Shown here piece after piece: positions 53,257 through 63,288 of a DNA stretch of 64,000 bases. Within the stretch, counting starts at the first letter, position 1. Each line of letters starts with the position of its first letter. The position numbers and the translations under genes are program-made. Below the pieces are notes generated by a model. The model did not search any database, had not been told where the DNA came from, and was given only the letters and a program-made list of their open reading frames with translations. This DNA comes from an uncultured SAR86 cluster bacterium (GTDB taxonomy: Bacteria > Pseudomonadota > Gammaproteobacteria > Magnimaribacterales > AG-339-G14): positions 34,162-98,161 of the forward strand of contig CASICS010000009.1 in NCBI GenBank assembly GCA_949373255.1, written 5' to 3'.

Positions 53257-53660
53257 TGAGACACTTAAAAACAGGTAGAAAATTTGGAAGAAATAGCGCT
53301 AGGAGATCTGCGCTGTTTAAAGGCCTTTCTATTTCATTAATAGAAAATGAGGCTATCAAAACAACAGTGCCTAAAGCAAAAGAGCTAAGAGGTCATCTCG
53401 AGCCTTTAATAACTTTAGCTAAAACTGATTCTGTAGCAAATAGAAGATTAGCTTTTGCAAGATTAAGAAATAAAGCAGCTGTAGCTAAGCTCTTTACTGA
53501 TCTTGGTCCAAGATACAAAGATAGACCAGGTGGGTATTTAAGAATTATTAAAATGGGTTTTAGACCTGGAGATTCTGCGCCAATGGCTTTTATAGAAATG
53601 GTAGATAGAGTTTCTTTAGAAGATTCAGAAGAAAGCACTGAAGCAGAAAAAACTGCCTAA
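53256..53660 (+). CDS. rplQ: 50S ribosomal protein L17
   Basis: [17 protein letters not shown] and GGYLRI.K.G.R.GD.APMA.IE.V. Confidence 0.98.
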   Translation: MRHLKTGRKFGRNSARRSALFKGLSISLIENEAIKTTVPKAKELRGHLEPLITLAKTDSVANRRLAFARLRNKAAVAKLFTDLGPRYKDRPGGYLRIIKMGFRPGDSAPMAFIEMVDRVSLEDSEESTEAEKTA

Positions 53661-56467
53661 TAATCTTTTAAAAATAAACCTGTATAAGATTTTTTTACTT
53701 TCTTTATTTCTTCAGGCGTACCCTGAGCAATAATTTCTCCTCCATTTTTCCCTCCTTCTGGACCGATATCTATAATCCAATCAGAGTTCTTAATAACATC
53801 GAGATTGTGCTCAATAATAACTACAGTATTTCCTTGAGATTTTAATTTTTGCAGTACGCTCAATAAAAGAGATACATCATGAAAATGCAAGCCAGTCGTC
53901 GGCTCATCTAAGAGGTATAAAGTTTTCCCAGTTGCTGTCTTAGAGAGCTCTTTAGCTAGTTTTACCCTTTGAGCTTCTCCTCCTGAAAGAGTTGTAGCCG
54001 GTTGACCTAGTCTTATGTAACCAAGACCTACATCGGTTAGAGTTTTTAACTTTCTTTTTATTGTTGGAATTGCATCAAAAAAACTTAAAGCTTGTTCTAC
54101 CGTCATATTTAATACTTCGGATATATTTTTTCCTTTAAATTTAATCGATAAGGTTTCCTTGTTATACCTATCGCCTTCACAGATATCGCACCTGACATAA
54201 ACGTCAGGTAAAAAATGCATTTCTACCTTGATAACGCCGTCTCCTTCACAAGCTTCACATCTCCCTCCTTTTACATTAAAACTAAACCTTCCTGGTTTGT
54301 ACCCTTTAGCTCTAGAGTCTTGAGTTTCTGAAAAAATCTCTCTAATTGGAGTAAATATCCCTGTATAAGTTACTGGATTAGAACGAGGTGTTCTTCCAAT
54401 GGGACTTTGACTTATATCTATGACTTTATCGATATACTCCAGTCCAGATAATTTATCGAAAGGTTGAACTGGGTGGTTTGAAGAGTGAAGTTCGTTCATT
54501 AGAGCTGGATAGAGTGTTTGATTTATTAAAGTTGATTTGCCTGAACCAGATACACCTGTCACACAAATCATATTGCCAAGAGGAATCTTTAAATTTATTT
54601 CTTTTAAGTTATTTCCTGAACATTTTGAAATCTCAAGTTGATTCCCATTTATTTCTAGATCATCTCGCTCTATACGAATTTCTTTTTTCCCTGAAATATA
54701 TTGAGCTGTTAAGGAGTTCTTATCTGACATGAGTTTTTTATAACTTCCTGAAAAGCAAATTTCTCCCCCGTGTTCTCCAGCACCAGGACCGATGTCTATA
54801 ATATGATCCGCACTTTCAATAGTTTCTTTATCATGTTCTACGACGATAACAGTATTTCCAAGATCCTTCAGTCTTTCTAAGGTTGATAATAATTTAGCAT
54901 TATCTCTTTGATGCAAGCCTATAGAGGGCTCATCTAAAATATAGGTAACACCAACTAATCCAGCGCCTATTTGGCTAGCAAGCCTAATTCTTTGAGCTTC
55001 ACCACCACTTAGAGAGTCAGCGCTTCTAGAAATATTTAAATAATTTAATCCAACATCAACTAAGAATTTTAGGCGTTCTTTAATCTCCTTAACTATTTTT
55101 TCTGCAACTTTTCCTTTTGCGCCTTGCAAATTCAATTCTTCAAAAAAATTAAAAGCTTCTTCAATAGTCATCTCAGAGATTTTGGGTAGAGAATTTCCTG
55201 ATATGAAGACATTTCTTGCCTGTTCATTTAATCTTGAACCTTCACAGTCTGAACAAGTTCTATGAGTCATAAACTTAGACATATCCTCTCTTATAAGGGG
55301 AGAGTCTGATTCTGAGTATCTTCTTAAAATATTATTTACAACCCCTTCAAAAGGGCGAACAGTTTCGATTCTTCTTCCTCTTTTTGATGTGTAACTAAAA
55401 TCAACATCTTCAGGAAAGCTTCCATCAAGCACAATTTTTTGTATATTTTTAGGTAATTCTTCAAAAGGCTCATCAAGAGAAAAGTTAAATTGAGAACTTG
55501 TACATCTAAGCAGATAATGACGATACATATGGCTAGCATCCCAACCTCTAATTGCACCTTGATTAAGGCTAAGTTCAGGTTTTGAAACTACTTTAAGCAT
55601 ATCTATTTCAGCTTTAAAACCTAAACCATCGCAACCTTTGCAAGCACCAGAGGGACTATTGAAAGAAAATAATCGTGGCTCTAATTCTGTAATGCTAAAA
55701 CCACATATCGAACACGCCATCTTTGTTGAGAATGATAATTCTTTAGATGAGTCATCAATGGGAATAAACTCTACTAATCCATCTGATTCAACTAATGCAG
55801 TTTCTATAGATTGAATTAATCTACTTTGATTTTCTTTTTTTAAAGAAAGTCTATCCACTACCACTTGAATATTATGTTTTTTATTTTTATCTAGTTTAGG
55901 TAACTCAGAAATATCATAGACTTCGTCATTGATGCGTAATCTTACGTATCCTCTCATCTTTAAATCAGCAAACAAGTGTAAATGCTCACCTTTTTGTTGT
56001 TTAAGAATTGGAGCTAATATTAGAACTCTCTTGTTTTGAAATTCTTTAGATACTTTTTCTGATATTTGATCAATGCTTTGACCTTCTAGAGAAATTTCGT
56101 GATCTGGACATTTTGGTGTGCCAGTTCTTGCATAAAGAAGCCTTAGATAATCATATATTTCTGTAACAGTTCCCACTGTAGATCTAGGATTATGAGAGGT
56201 GGATTTTTGCTCTATAGAAATGGCTGGTGATAATCCTTCTACAGTATCTACGTCAGGTTTATCCATAACTGATAAAAACTGCCTAGCGTAAGCTGAAAGA
56301 GATTCAACATATCTTCTTTGACCTTCTGCATAGAGAGTATCAAAGGCTAAAGAAGATTTACCTGAACCCGATAGGCCGGTTATTACCGTCAATTTGTCTC
56401 TCGGAATTGAAATATCTATATTTTTAAGATTATGCTGACGAGCGCCTTTGACGTTTATATATTTCAT
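53657..56467 (-). CDS. uvrA: excinuclease ABC subunit A
   Basis: 936 aa. [13 protein letters not shown]....[21 protein letters not shown], zinc-finger Cys clusters, and a second [11 protein letters not shown]-loop. Confidence 0.99.
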   Translation of the reverse strand: MKYINVKGARQHNLKNIDISIPRDKLTVITGLSGSGKSSLAFDTLYAEGQRRYVESLSAYARQFLSVMDKPDVDTVEGLSPAISIEQKSTSHNPRSTVGTVTEIYDYLRLLYARTGTPKCPDHEISLEGQSIDQISEKVSKEFQNKRVLILAPILKQQKGEHLHLFADLKMRGYVRLRINDEVYDISELPKLDKNKKHNIQVVVDRLSLKKENQSRLIQSIETALVESDGLVEFIPIDDSSKELSFSTKMACSICGFSITELEPRLFSFNSPSGACKGCDGLGFKAEIDMLKVVSKPELSLNQGAIRGWDASHMYRHYLLRCTSSQFNFSLDEPFEELPKNIQKIVLDGSFPEDVDFSYTSKRGRRIETVRPFEGVVNNILRRYSESDSPLIREDMSKFMTHRTCSDCEGSRLNEQARNVFISGNSLPKISEMTIEEAFNFFEELNLQGAKGKVAEKIVKEIKERLKFLVDVGLNYLNISRSADSLSGGEAQRIRLASQIGAGLVGVTYILDEPSIGLHQRDNAKLLSTLERLKDLGNTVIVVEHDKETIESADHIIDIGPGAGEHGGEICFSGSYKKLMSDKNSLTAQYISGKKEIRIERDDLEINGNQLEISKCSGNNLKEINLKIPLGNMICVTGVSGSGKSTLINQTLYPALMNELHSSNHPVQPFDKLSGLEYIDKVIDISQSPIGRTPRSNPVTYTGIFTPIREIFSETQDSRAKGYKPGRFSFNVKGGRCEACEGDGVIKVEMHFLPDVYVRCDICEGDRYNKETLSIKFKGKNISEVLNMTVEQALSFFDAIPTIKRKLKTLTDVGLGYIRLGQPATTLSGGEAQRVKLAKELSKTATGKTLYLLDEPTTGLHFHDVSLLLSVLQKLKSQGNTVVIIEHNLDVIKNSDWIIDIGPEGGKNGGEIIAQGTPEEIKKVKKSYTGLFLKDY

Positions 56468-56540
56468 TTATGAGAAACTTTGGATTAGACTAGTAGTTGA
56501 AATCAAGAACAAACAATAACATCTTTTAAGAGAAAAAATT

Positions 56541-56996
56541 ATGGCTAGAAGTGGAATTAATAAAGTTATATTACTTGGAAATTTAGGAGCTGATCCTGAA
56601 GTAAGAACAACCGCTGGTGGAGATGCTGTTGCGACAATTTCTATTGCTACTTCTGATAGCTGGAAAGATAAAAATACAGGCGAAGAACAACAAAAAACAG
56701 AATGGCATAGAGTTGTTTTTTTTAGAAGAATGGCAGAAGTTGTTGGGCAATATTTAAAAAAAGGATCGTCGGTATACATTGAAGGGCAACTTCAAACTAG
56801 TAGCTATGAAGATAAAAATACTGGAGAAAAGAAATACTCAACTCAAATCGTTGCGAGAGATATGCAAATGCTTGGAGGTAAAAATAATTCTGAGTCTCAA
56901 TCAGACTTCTCAAATCAATCTTCTAATCAGTCACCTAGTCAGTCTTCAAATATGGAGCAAAGTCCACAGGGGCTCGATGATGAAATTCCTTTTTAA
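56541..56996 (+). CDS. ssb: single-stranded DNA-binding protein
   Basis: [18 protein letters not shown]-fold N-terminus, a low-complexity Q/S-rich linker, and the C-terminal acidic tip DDEIPF. Divergent from uvrA, as in E. coli. Confidence 0.97.
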   Translation: MARSGINKVILLGNLGADPEVRTTAGGDAVATISIATSDSWKDKNTGEEQQKTEWHRVVFFRRMAEVVGQYLKKGSSVYIEGQLQTSSYEDKNTGEKKYSTQIVARDMQMLGGKNNSESQSDFSNQSSNQSPSQSSNMEQSPQGLDDEIPF

Positions 56997-58219
56997 GAGT
57001 CTTTAAATTCTTTAATAATTAGGCTGACATTAGTTCCACCAAAACCGAAGCTGTTTGACATAAAGGAAGTAAATTCCTTTTTTTCTATATATTCATTTGC
57101 TAACTTTAATTTCCCAGATTCATCGATGGGGTCATCGATATTTAAAGATTTAGCTATGTATTTATTTTTCAGCATCAAAATGCTGTAAATACATTCCAAT
57201 ACACCTGCCGCTCCTAATGCATGTCCAGTCTGAGATTTAGTTGACCCAATTATTGGACTTACATTGAAAACTTCGTTTACAGCTTTTAATTCAACAGGAT
57301 CTCCTGCAGGCGTTGATGTTCCATGTGCATTCAAATAATCAACTTCGTTTAAACCGCTCATTTTAAGAGATTGAATCATGCAATTTTTAGCTCCTAATCC
57401 TGAAGGAGAAACCATATCTTCTCCATCTGAAGTAGCTGCATATCCAACAATTTCTCCATAAATTTTAGCGCCTCTTTTCAAAGCGTGTTCTAGTTCTTCT
57501 AATATAACTATTCCACCACCGGCAGATATAACAAAGCCATCTCGATCATTATCAAATGGCCTTGATGCCTTTTCTGGGTAATCATTAAAATTACTTGATA
57601 AGGCTCCCATAGCATCAAATAAAGCGGATTGTGTCCAATGCTCGTCTTCTCCGCCACCAGCAAGAACTATATCTTGCTTGCCAAGTTGAATTTGTTCCCA
57701 GGCAGAACCAATACAATGAGCGCTTGTAGAGCAAGCAGAAGAAATAGAGTAATTAACCCCTTTAATACCTAAAAAAGTCGCTAAACACGCTGAAACAGTA
57801 CTTCCCATAGTTTGAGTAACTCTATATGGACCTATTCTTTTAACCCCTCTTTCTCTGGCTATATCCGCAGCTTCTACTTGGCTCCTAGAAGAGGCTCCAC
57901 CTGATCCGGCTATGATTCCGACTCTTTCAGAATCAAAGATATTATCTGGAAGACCAGAATCATTAATAGCTTCTTTTGCACTTAAATAGGAATAAGCTGC
58001 AGTCTCTCCCATAAATCTAAGAAGTTTTCTATCAATAAGTTCTGAAAGATTTAAATCAATAGACCCAGAAACAGTGCTTTTCATCCCCATTTCTTGATAT
58101 TCAGGATTTATTTTAATTCCAGATTTGCCTTCAACTAGAGATTTATTAATCTCATCTAGACCTGTTCCTATAGACGAAACCGCTCCCATTCCTGTAATTA
58201 CTGCTCTTTTCAACTCCAT
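56993..58219 (-). CDS. fabB: 3-oxoacyl-ACP synthase I
   Basis: 408 aa KAS. Active-site [21 protein letters not shown] and NSFGFGGTN. Called fabB because it directly follows fabA. Confidence 0.9.
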   Translation of the reverse strand: MELKRAVITGMGAVSSIGTGLDEINKSLVEGKSGIKINPEYQEMGMKSTVSGSIDLNLSELIDRKLLRFMGETAAYSYLSAKEAINDSGLPDNIFDSERVGIIAGSGGASSRSQVEAADIARERGVKRIGPYRVTQTMGSTVSACLATFLGIKGVNYSISSACSTSAHCIGSAWEQIQLGKQDIVLAGGGEDEHWTQSALFDAMGALSSNFNDYPEKASRPFDNDRDGFVISAGGGIVILEELEHALKRGAKIYGEIVGYAATSDGEDMVSPSGLGAKNCMIQSLKMSGLNEVDYLNAHGTSTPAGDPVELKAVNEVFNVSPIIGSTKSQTGHALGAAGVLECIYSILMLKNKYIAKSLNIDDPIDESGKLKLANEYIEKKEFTSFMSNSFGFGGTNVSLIIKEFKDS

Positions 58220-58221
58220 AA

Positions 58222-58749
58222 TTAGAAGCCAGAAGGGTCTTTAAACAACCCTACTTTTAAATTTTTAGCCGTATATATTTCTTTACCATCTACCATCATT
58301 TTGCCGTCAGCAAATCCAACAACCAAACTTTGTTTTCTAATTCTTTTGATACTTATCTCATACTCAACTATTTTTGCGGTCGGTAGAACTTGTCCAAAAA
58401 ATTTAACTTCTCCTGATCCCAAAGCTCTTCCTATGCCTGGATTACCATCCCAAAGTAAATAGAAACCAAGAAGCTGCCACATAGCATCTAAGCCCAAGCA
58501 ACCTGGCATTACGGGATCGCTAGTGAAATGACATCCAAAGAACCATAAATTTGGATTAATATCGAGTTCGCCTTTTATTATCCCATTTTCATAGATGCCA
58601 CCATTGGAGTTAATTTCGTTGATTCTATCGATCATTAACATCTCATTATTTGGTAACTTTCCATTGCTAGAACCAAATAAGTCTCCTTTAGAGCAACTTA
58701 CAAGATCTTCTTTTGAATAGCTTTTTAACTGTTTAACATTCATATTCAT
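58222..58749 (-). CDS. fabA: 3-hydroxydecanoyl-ACP dehydratase/isomerase
   Basis: 175 aa. [30 protein letters not shown] active-site region is diagnostic of FabA. Confidence 0.95.
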   Translation of the reverse strand: MNMNVKQLKSYSKEDLVSCSKGDLFGSSNGKLPNNEMLMIDRINEINSNGGIYENGIIKGELDINPNLWFFGCHFTSDPVMPGCLGLDAMWQLLGFYLLWDGNPGIGRALGSGEVKFFGQVLPTAKIVEYEISIKRIRKQSLVVGFADGKMMVDGKEIYTAKNLKVGLFKDPSGF

Positions 58750-58829
58750 AAAACTATATATTACAGTATTTGAAAAGATTGCGAGTAGAGAGTTTATTAG
58801 ATATCATGCCCATCCTTAAAGGAAATAAA

Positions 58830-59141
58830 ATGTACGCAGTAATTAAAAGTGGTGGTAAACAACATAGAGTAACAGAAGGGGAAGTTATTACTCTTGAGAA
58901 GATATCTGCTGAAGAAGGTTCAGTAATAGAGTTTCCTGAAGTGCTAGCTGTAAACAAAGAAGGCAAACTAGAAGTTGGAGCCCCTCTGTTGGAAGGTGCA
59001 AAAGTAACTGCAAAAATTCTTGATCATATTAAAGCTCCAAAAGTAACTATTATAAAAATGAAAAGAAGGCAAGATTACAGAAGAAAACAAGGGCATAGGC
59101 AAAATTTAACTAAAGTTTTAATCGAATCAATTAAGTATTAA
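58830..59141 (+). CDS. rplU: 50S ribosomal protein L21
   Basis: Start moved to the ATG at 58830 ([14 protein letters not shown], canonical L21 N-terminus; AAAGGA SD). Confidence 0.97.
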   Translation: MYAVIKSGGKQHRVTEGEVITLEKISAEEGSVIEFPEVLAVNKEGKLEVGAPLLEGAKVTAKILDHIKAPKVTIIKMKRRQDYRRKQGHRQNLTKVLIESIKY

Positions 59142-59143
59142 TT

Positions 59144-59404
59144 ATGGCACATAAAAAAGCAGGTGGAAGCACCAGAAACGGTAGAGATTCCAATCCTAAA
59201 TATCTAGGAGTTAAAAGTTATGGAGGCCAAACTATATCTGCCGGCTCTATAATTGTTAGACAGAGAGGAACAAAATTCCATCCAGGAGCTAACGTAGGGA
59301 TGGGAAAAGATCATACATTATTTGCGAAATGTGATGGAAAAGTATCTTTTATTAAAAAAGGTAAAAATCTTCGTCAGTTCGTAAATATCGAAGCAACCAA
59401 CTAA
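59144..59404 (+). CDS. rpmA: 50S ribosomal protein L27
   Basis: [25 protein letters not shown] and [21 protein letters not shown]. Confidence 0.98.
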   Translation: MAHKKAGGSTRNGRDSNPKYLGVKSYGGQTISAGSIIVRQRGTKFHPGANVGMGKDHTLFAKCDGKVSFIKKGKNLRQFVNIEATN

Positions 59405-59408
59405 TCAA

Positions 59409-60428
59409 ATGCGCTTCATTGATGAAGCATTCATAGAAATCACCGCTGGAAATGGCGGTCGAGGATGTCTTAGCTTTAGACGAGAGAAATACATTCCTAA
59501 AGGAGGTCCAGATGGAGGTGACGGTGGAAAAGGAGGAAGCATCCTTCTAGAAACCGACGAATCATTAACGACTCTTCAAGATTTTAGACTTCAAAAAAAA
59601 TATAAAGCTAAAAATGGTAGCCAAGGTCTTGGGAAGAATAAGCACGGGAAAGACGCGGAAAATACTACTTTAAAAGTTCCTGTTGGAACTATTATCATTG
59701 ATGAAAGTACCAATGAAATTATTGCTGATTTAGTATCTAACAAAGAAATTATTGAAATAGCAAAAGGGGGTCAAGGTGGTTTAGGGAACGCAAGATTTAA
59801 AACATCAACAAATAGAGCGCCACGTAAATTTACGGACGGGGCAGATGGTGAGAATCTTAAACTTAAATTAGAATTAAAAGTGCTTGCCGATGTGGGTCTT
59901 CTCGGAATGCCAAATGCTGGAAAATCAACATTAATTTCTAAAATATCATCTGCAAAACCAAAAGTTGCTGATTATCCTTTTACTACTCTTAGCCCAAATC
60001 TTGGAGTGGTTCAGAGCGATTTCAATTCCTTTGTTGTAGCTGATATACCAGGTTTAATTCCTGGTGCTTCCGAAGGTATAGGATTAGGTATTAAATTTCT
60101 AAAGCATTTATCTAGAGTAAAAATCTTATTGCATTTAGTTGATATATCTATATTTGATAACGATCAAGTTATAAAAAATTTAAAGGATATTAACAAAGAG
60201 CTTGAACTTTTTAGTGAAGAATTAGCTCAAAAAGAACAGTGGATTCTATTAAATAAAAATGACGTGGATCCATCTCAAGAAAAAGAAATTAGAGAGGTAA
60301 TTAAAGACAGTTTCAAAGATGTCAAAATATTTTCTATTTCAGCCTTATCTGGTTTAGGCTTAGATAAGTTATTGAGTAAAATAGGATCAAGAGTTATTTC
60401 TTTCAACGAAAACGAAGCCAATGAATAA
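59409..60428 (+). CDS. obg: GTPase Obg/CgtA
   Basis: MRFIDEA.I...AGNGG.GC.SFRREK, Gly-rich Obg fold, and G motifs GMPNAGKST, DIPGLI and NK.D. Confidence 0.97.
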   Translation: MRFIDEAFIEITAGNGGRGCLSFRREKYIPKGGPDGGDGGKGGSILLETDESLTTLQDFRLQKKYKAKNGSQGLGKNKHGKDAENTTLKVPVGTIIIDESTNEIIADLVSNKEIIEIAKGGQGGLGNARFKTSTNRAPRKFTDGADGENLKLKLELKVLADVGLLGMPNAGKSTLISKISSAKPKVADYPFTTLSPNLGVVQSDFNSFVVADIPGLIPGASEGIGLGIKFLKHLSRVKILLHLVDISIFDNDQVIKNLKDINKELELFSEELAQKEQWILLNKNDVDPSQEKEIREVIKDSFKDVKIFSISALSGLGLDKLLSKIGSRVISFNENEANE

Positions 60429-61200
60429 ATTAATAGTAATCAAAATAGGATCAAGCTTAGTTGCAAACAAAGAAGATTCTTTAGATTTGGATTTTATAAG
60501 ATCAATATCATCTCAAATTAGAGATATTACTGAAAAAGGAATTGAAGTTTTGGTTGTGACTTCTGGAGCTATAGCTCAAGGAATGAAATCTTGGGGAATG
60601 AAGATTAGACCTACTGAAATAGATAAATTACAAGCACTTTCCGCAGTAGGCCAGATAGGCCTGATTAATGCTTATCAACAAGAATTTAGAATTCACGGAA
60701 TGTTAGCTGCTCAAGTATTAATGAGCCATAGTGATTTTAAGGACGCAGACAGATCAAAAAATATACAAATGAGCTTAAAAAATATATTTTCTTTGGGGGC
60801 CATTCCCATAATCAATGAAAATGATTCTGTTTCTACAGAAGAGATTAAGCACGGAGATAATGATCAACTTAGTGGAGAGGTTGCCAAACTGATTGGGGCA
60901 GATGCTTTAATTATACTGACTGATCAAGATGGTGTTTTTGATTGTGATCCAAGAAAAAATTCTAACGCAAAGTTAATAAGTTCTCTTGCTTTATCATCAA
61001 TGGATGAGCAAAAAATCGAATTTGGAAAACCGGGAGAATTTGGCCGAGGCGGCATGGAAACTAAAATTAAAGCTGCAAAAAATTATTTACAAGCTGACAA
61101 TGTTGTATGGATTGTAAATGGAAGGGCAGATAATGCGGTAATGAATATATTAGGCGGAGAAAAAATAGGAACGAAAATAACTCTTACTTTAGAAGTTTAA
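60421..61200 (+). CDS. proB: glutamate 5-kinase (short form without PUA domain)
   Basis: 259 aa. VIKIGSS.V, VTSGAIA.G, PIINENDSV and GDND.LS amino-acid-kinase motifs. The protein ends right after the kinase domain. Confidence 0.92.
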   Translation: MNKLIVIKIGSSLVANKEDSLDLDFIRSISSQIRDITEKGIEVLVVTSGAIAQGMKSWGMKIRPTEIDKLQALSAVGQIGLINAYQQEFRIHGMLAAQVLMSHSDFKDADRSKNIQMSLKNIFSLGAIPIINENDSVSTEEIKHGDNDQLSGEVAKLIGADALIILTDQDGVFDCDPRKNSNAKLISSLALSSMDEQKIEFGKPGEFGRGGMETKIKAAKNYLQADNVVWIVNGRADNAVMNILGGEKIGTKITLTLEV

Positions 61201-61447
61201 TTCCCTTATTTAGTCTTGATTTCTGTCTGGCTGCACTATTCTTAGATAGTACTTTTTTGTTCGCCATTTTATCTATTAATTTTTGAGTAGAGATAAATTG
61301 TTCCGTAGCAATTTTGACATCTTTAGATTCAATGGCATCTTCGACATTTTTAATAGCAGTTCTTACAGAAGCTCTTTGAGAACTCTTTAGAACGTTTCTA
61401 GAGATTGCTTGTCTAGCTCTTTTCTTTGCTGATTGAATATTTGCCAT
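61184..61447 (-). CDS. rpsT: 30S ribosomal protein S20
   Basis: MANIQSAKKRARQ...R N-terminus, 87 aa. Confidence 0.97.
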   Translation of the reverse strand: MANIQSAKKRARQAISRNVLKSSQRASVRTAIKNVEDAIESKDVKIATEQFISTQKLIDKMANKKVLSKNSAARQKSRLNKGIKLLK

Positions 61448-61511
61448 CGGATGCGAATGATGAAGATTTTAACGAGAATTGTCAATAAATATAATAAATT
61501 AAAAAGAACGA

Positions 61512-62246
61512 TCAAGTTTGTTTTAATCTTGGCTTCATGTTGCTTTTTATTGAAGAAGTTTCGGTTATAGCTCCCATTAAAAAATCTAATAAATTTTGAA
61601 TTTTTTCTTCTCTAGAAAGAGGAACCTCAGTATTATTTTTTTTAAATAAAGTCATGGAATTCCTATCTTTTTCAAAAGATTTATCTTGACTAGCAAAATT
61701 CCACTCCGCAACTGTAATTAAAACAGTAGCCCCCATCATTTTGAGCCTTTCGAAAGCAATTCTTTCGCCTTGACTTAAAGATAATTTTTTATAAATTAAA
61801 CGCCCTATATTTGCAGTATTAGGTAGTCTATTTTCATGCAAGAGATATTGTGCTCTCCATTCTGTTCTAGATAAAAATTGTGCAAGAATTTTTAAAAAAT
61901 AATTTTCTCGCTTTTTATCTAAACTGACTTCTACCACTGGAGCTATTAAAATATAAATTAAATCTCTCAATTCTAGATTATCTGTTTTTTTTAATTCTTC
62001 TTCAAACAGGCTTTTCCTCAGTTCATCTACTGGAATCATTCGATAGTCAAAAATTGCTTTCACTAGTTGATCCATAGAGCCAAAATGATAGTGCATGGCA
62101 GAATGATTCTTCTGTCCCGCTTCTCTAGCTATTTCTCTAGTCGAAACATTATCAAATCCTTTTTCCGAAAACAGTTTTTCCGCGGCCTCAATAATTTTAA
62201 TTTTAGTTCTGTTTAATAAAATATTTTGTGCTGCATCTTCTTTCAT
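61512..62246 (-). CDS. TetR/AcrR family transcriptional regulator
   Basis: 244 aa. N-terminal HTH (I..AA..LF.EKGF.NVSTREIAREAG....AMHYHFGS) and a variable C-terminal ligand domain. Confidence 0.85.
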   Translation of the reverse strand: MKEDAAQNILLNRTKIKIIEAAEKLFSEKGFDNVSTREIAREAGQKNHSAMHYHFGSMDQLVKAIFDYRMIPVDELRKSLFEEELKKTDNLELRDLIYILIAPVVEVSLDKKRENYFLKILAQFLSRTEWRAQYLLHENRLPNTANIGRLIYKKLSLSQGERIAFERLKMMGATVLITVAEWNFASQDKSFEKDRNSMTLFKKNNTEVPLSREEKIQNLLDFLMGAITETSSIKSNMKPRLKQT

Positions 62247-62387
62247 GTTCCAATATTATAAGATAAGTGTCTTAAATAAGCCATTTGTCTTAATTAGTAT
62301 TTTTTATGTCAAATATCACTACCGAAACAATTTATGCATCGTCATGCATAATGATTTAACTTAAAAGCCCACGGCGGAGCTATTGCT

Positions 62388-62738
62388 TGGTGGAGGCGGC
62401 GGGTATCGAACCCGCGTCCATCGATCTATCCCCATCGGTTCTACATGTTTAGTTTCATCTTTTAATTTCCTTTAAGTAACTCCGATGAGCAGGATTTACT
62501 TTAAGTAGTCTGAAAAGTCTTAATAAGAAAAAATCAGACATTTTCTCTCAAGCAACCTATTAAATTACCTTCTTAAACCCTAATAGGTATTAGGTCGAGA
62601 AGGCTAGCCGAATTATGCAGCTAGTGCGTAGTTTGCTTTATTGCCAACTAAATGTTTTGCAACTTATTTTAACGAGCTTGTTACCTGCTCGACATGCCCT
62701 TCAGGTTCTCAAACAGATGTCTAATCCATTTCGCCCCC
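62388..62738 (-). ncRNA. ssrA: tmRNA (SsrA), encoded tag GNKANYALAA
   Basis: Minus strand. The 5' end GGGGGCG pairs with the 3' end CGCCTCC-A-CCA (G3:U pair). T-arm GCGGGTTCGATACCCGC. Internal reading frame GGC AAT AAA GCA AAC TAC GCA CTA GCT GCA TAA, preceded by UUUAGUU. Immediately downstream of smpB. Confidence 0.92.
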
Positions 62739-62764
62739 ATAAGTGGATATCTATTGTAAAGGTA

Positions 62765-63241
62765 TTATTGCAACTTACTAGAAAGTTTAGATATTTTGGA
62801 TTTTTCTTTATCCCATTCTTTTCTTTTTAAGGTCTCTCTTTTATCAAATTTTGTTTTACCTTTACCCAAAGAAATTTTTATTTTCACTAAATTAGTTTTC
62901 CAAAACAATTTTGTTGGGATGCAAGTTAGACCTTTTTCTTGTGTTGCTTTAAAAATTTTAGAAAGCTCTGATTTTGTTAACAAAAGTTTTCTTGTTCTTC
63001 CTGGTTCCACTTGAAAAGTGACTTCACGAGTGGGAGTAATTTTTAAACCTATAATCCATGCCTCTCCATCTTTCATAAGCACGTAACTATCTTTCATATC
63101 AACGCTTCCTGATCTGATACCTTTTACTTCCCATCCAGACAGGGCTATACCAGCTTCAAAATCTTCAGTTAACTCAAAGTTAAAACGCGCCTGCCTATTA
63201 TCAATAACAGGACGAGGATTTATTTTTTTGTCTTTAGACAT
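62765..63241 (-). CDS. smpB: SsrA-binding protein
   Basis: 158 aa. N..ARFNF.....FEAGI.L.G.EVK and the basic C-terminal tail (KRE..KR.EWDKEK). Confidence 0.97.
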   Translation of the reverse strand: MSKDKKINPRPVIDNRQARFNFELTEDFEAGIALSGWEVKGIRSGSVDMKDSYVLMKDGEAWIIGLKITPTREVTFQVEPGRTRKLLLTKSELSKIFKATQEKGLTCIPTKLFWKTNLVKIKISLGKGKTKFDKRETLKRKEWDKEKSKISKLSSKLQ

Positions 63242-63288
63242 TGGGTTAGTATATCTACATAATAATTTAATAAGAATATTCTTGAGTA

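Noticed and set aside
56468-56540. Searched the uvrA/ssb divergent intergenic region for a LexA SOS box (CTGT-N8-ACAG)
   Set aside because: No match or near match is present. I cannot infer SOS regulation, or its absence genome-wide, from this alone.
56468-56779. 103-aa minus-strand ORF abutting uvrA, and 56779-57006 plus-strand ORF
   Set aside because: The first is antisense to ssb. The second is out of frame within ssb. Neither has a motif, and ssb is unambiguous.
62247-62388. Genomic island or integrase at the tmRNA 3' end
   Set aside because: No integrase, no duplicated ssrA 3' segment and no compositional break is visible. The flank is a TetR gene followed by rpsT.
62615-62830. 71-aa plus-strand ORF
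   Set aside because: It overlaps the tmRNA gene and the smpB 3' end on the other strand, so its sequence is explained by ssrA.
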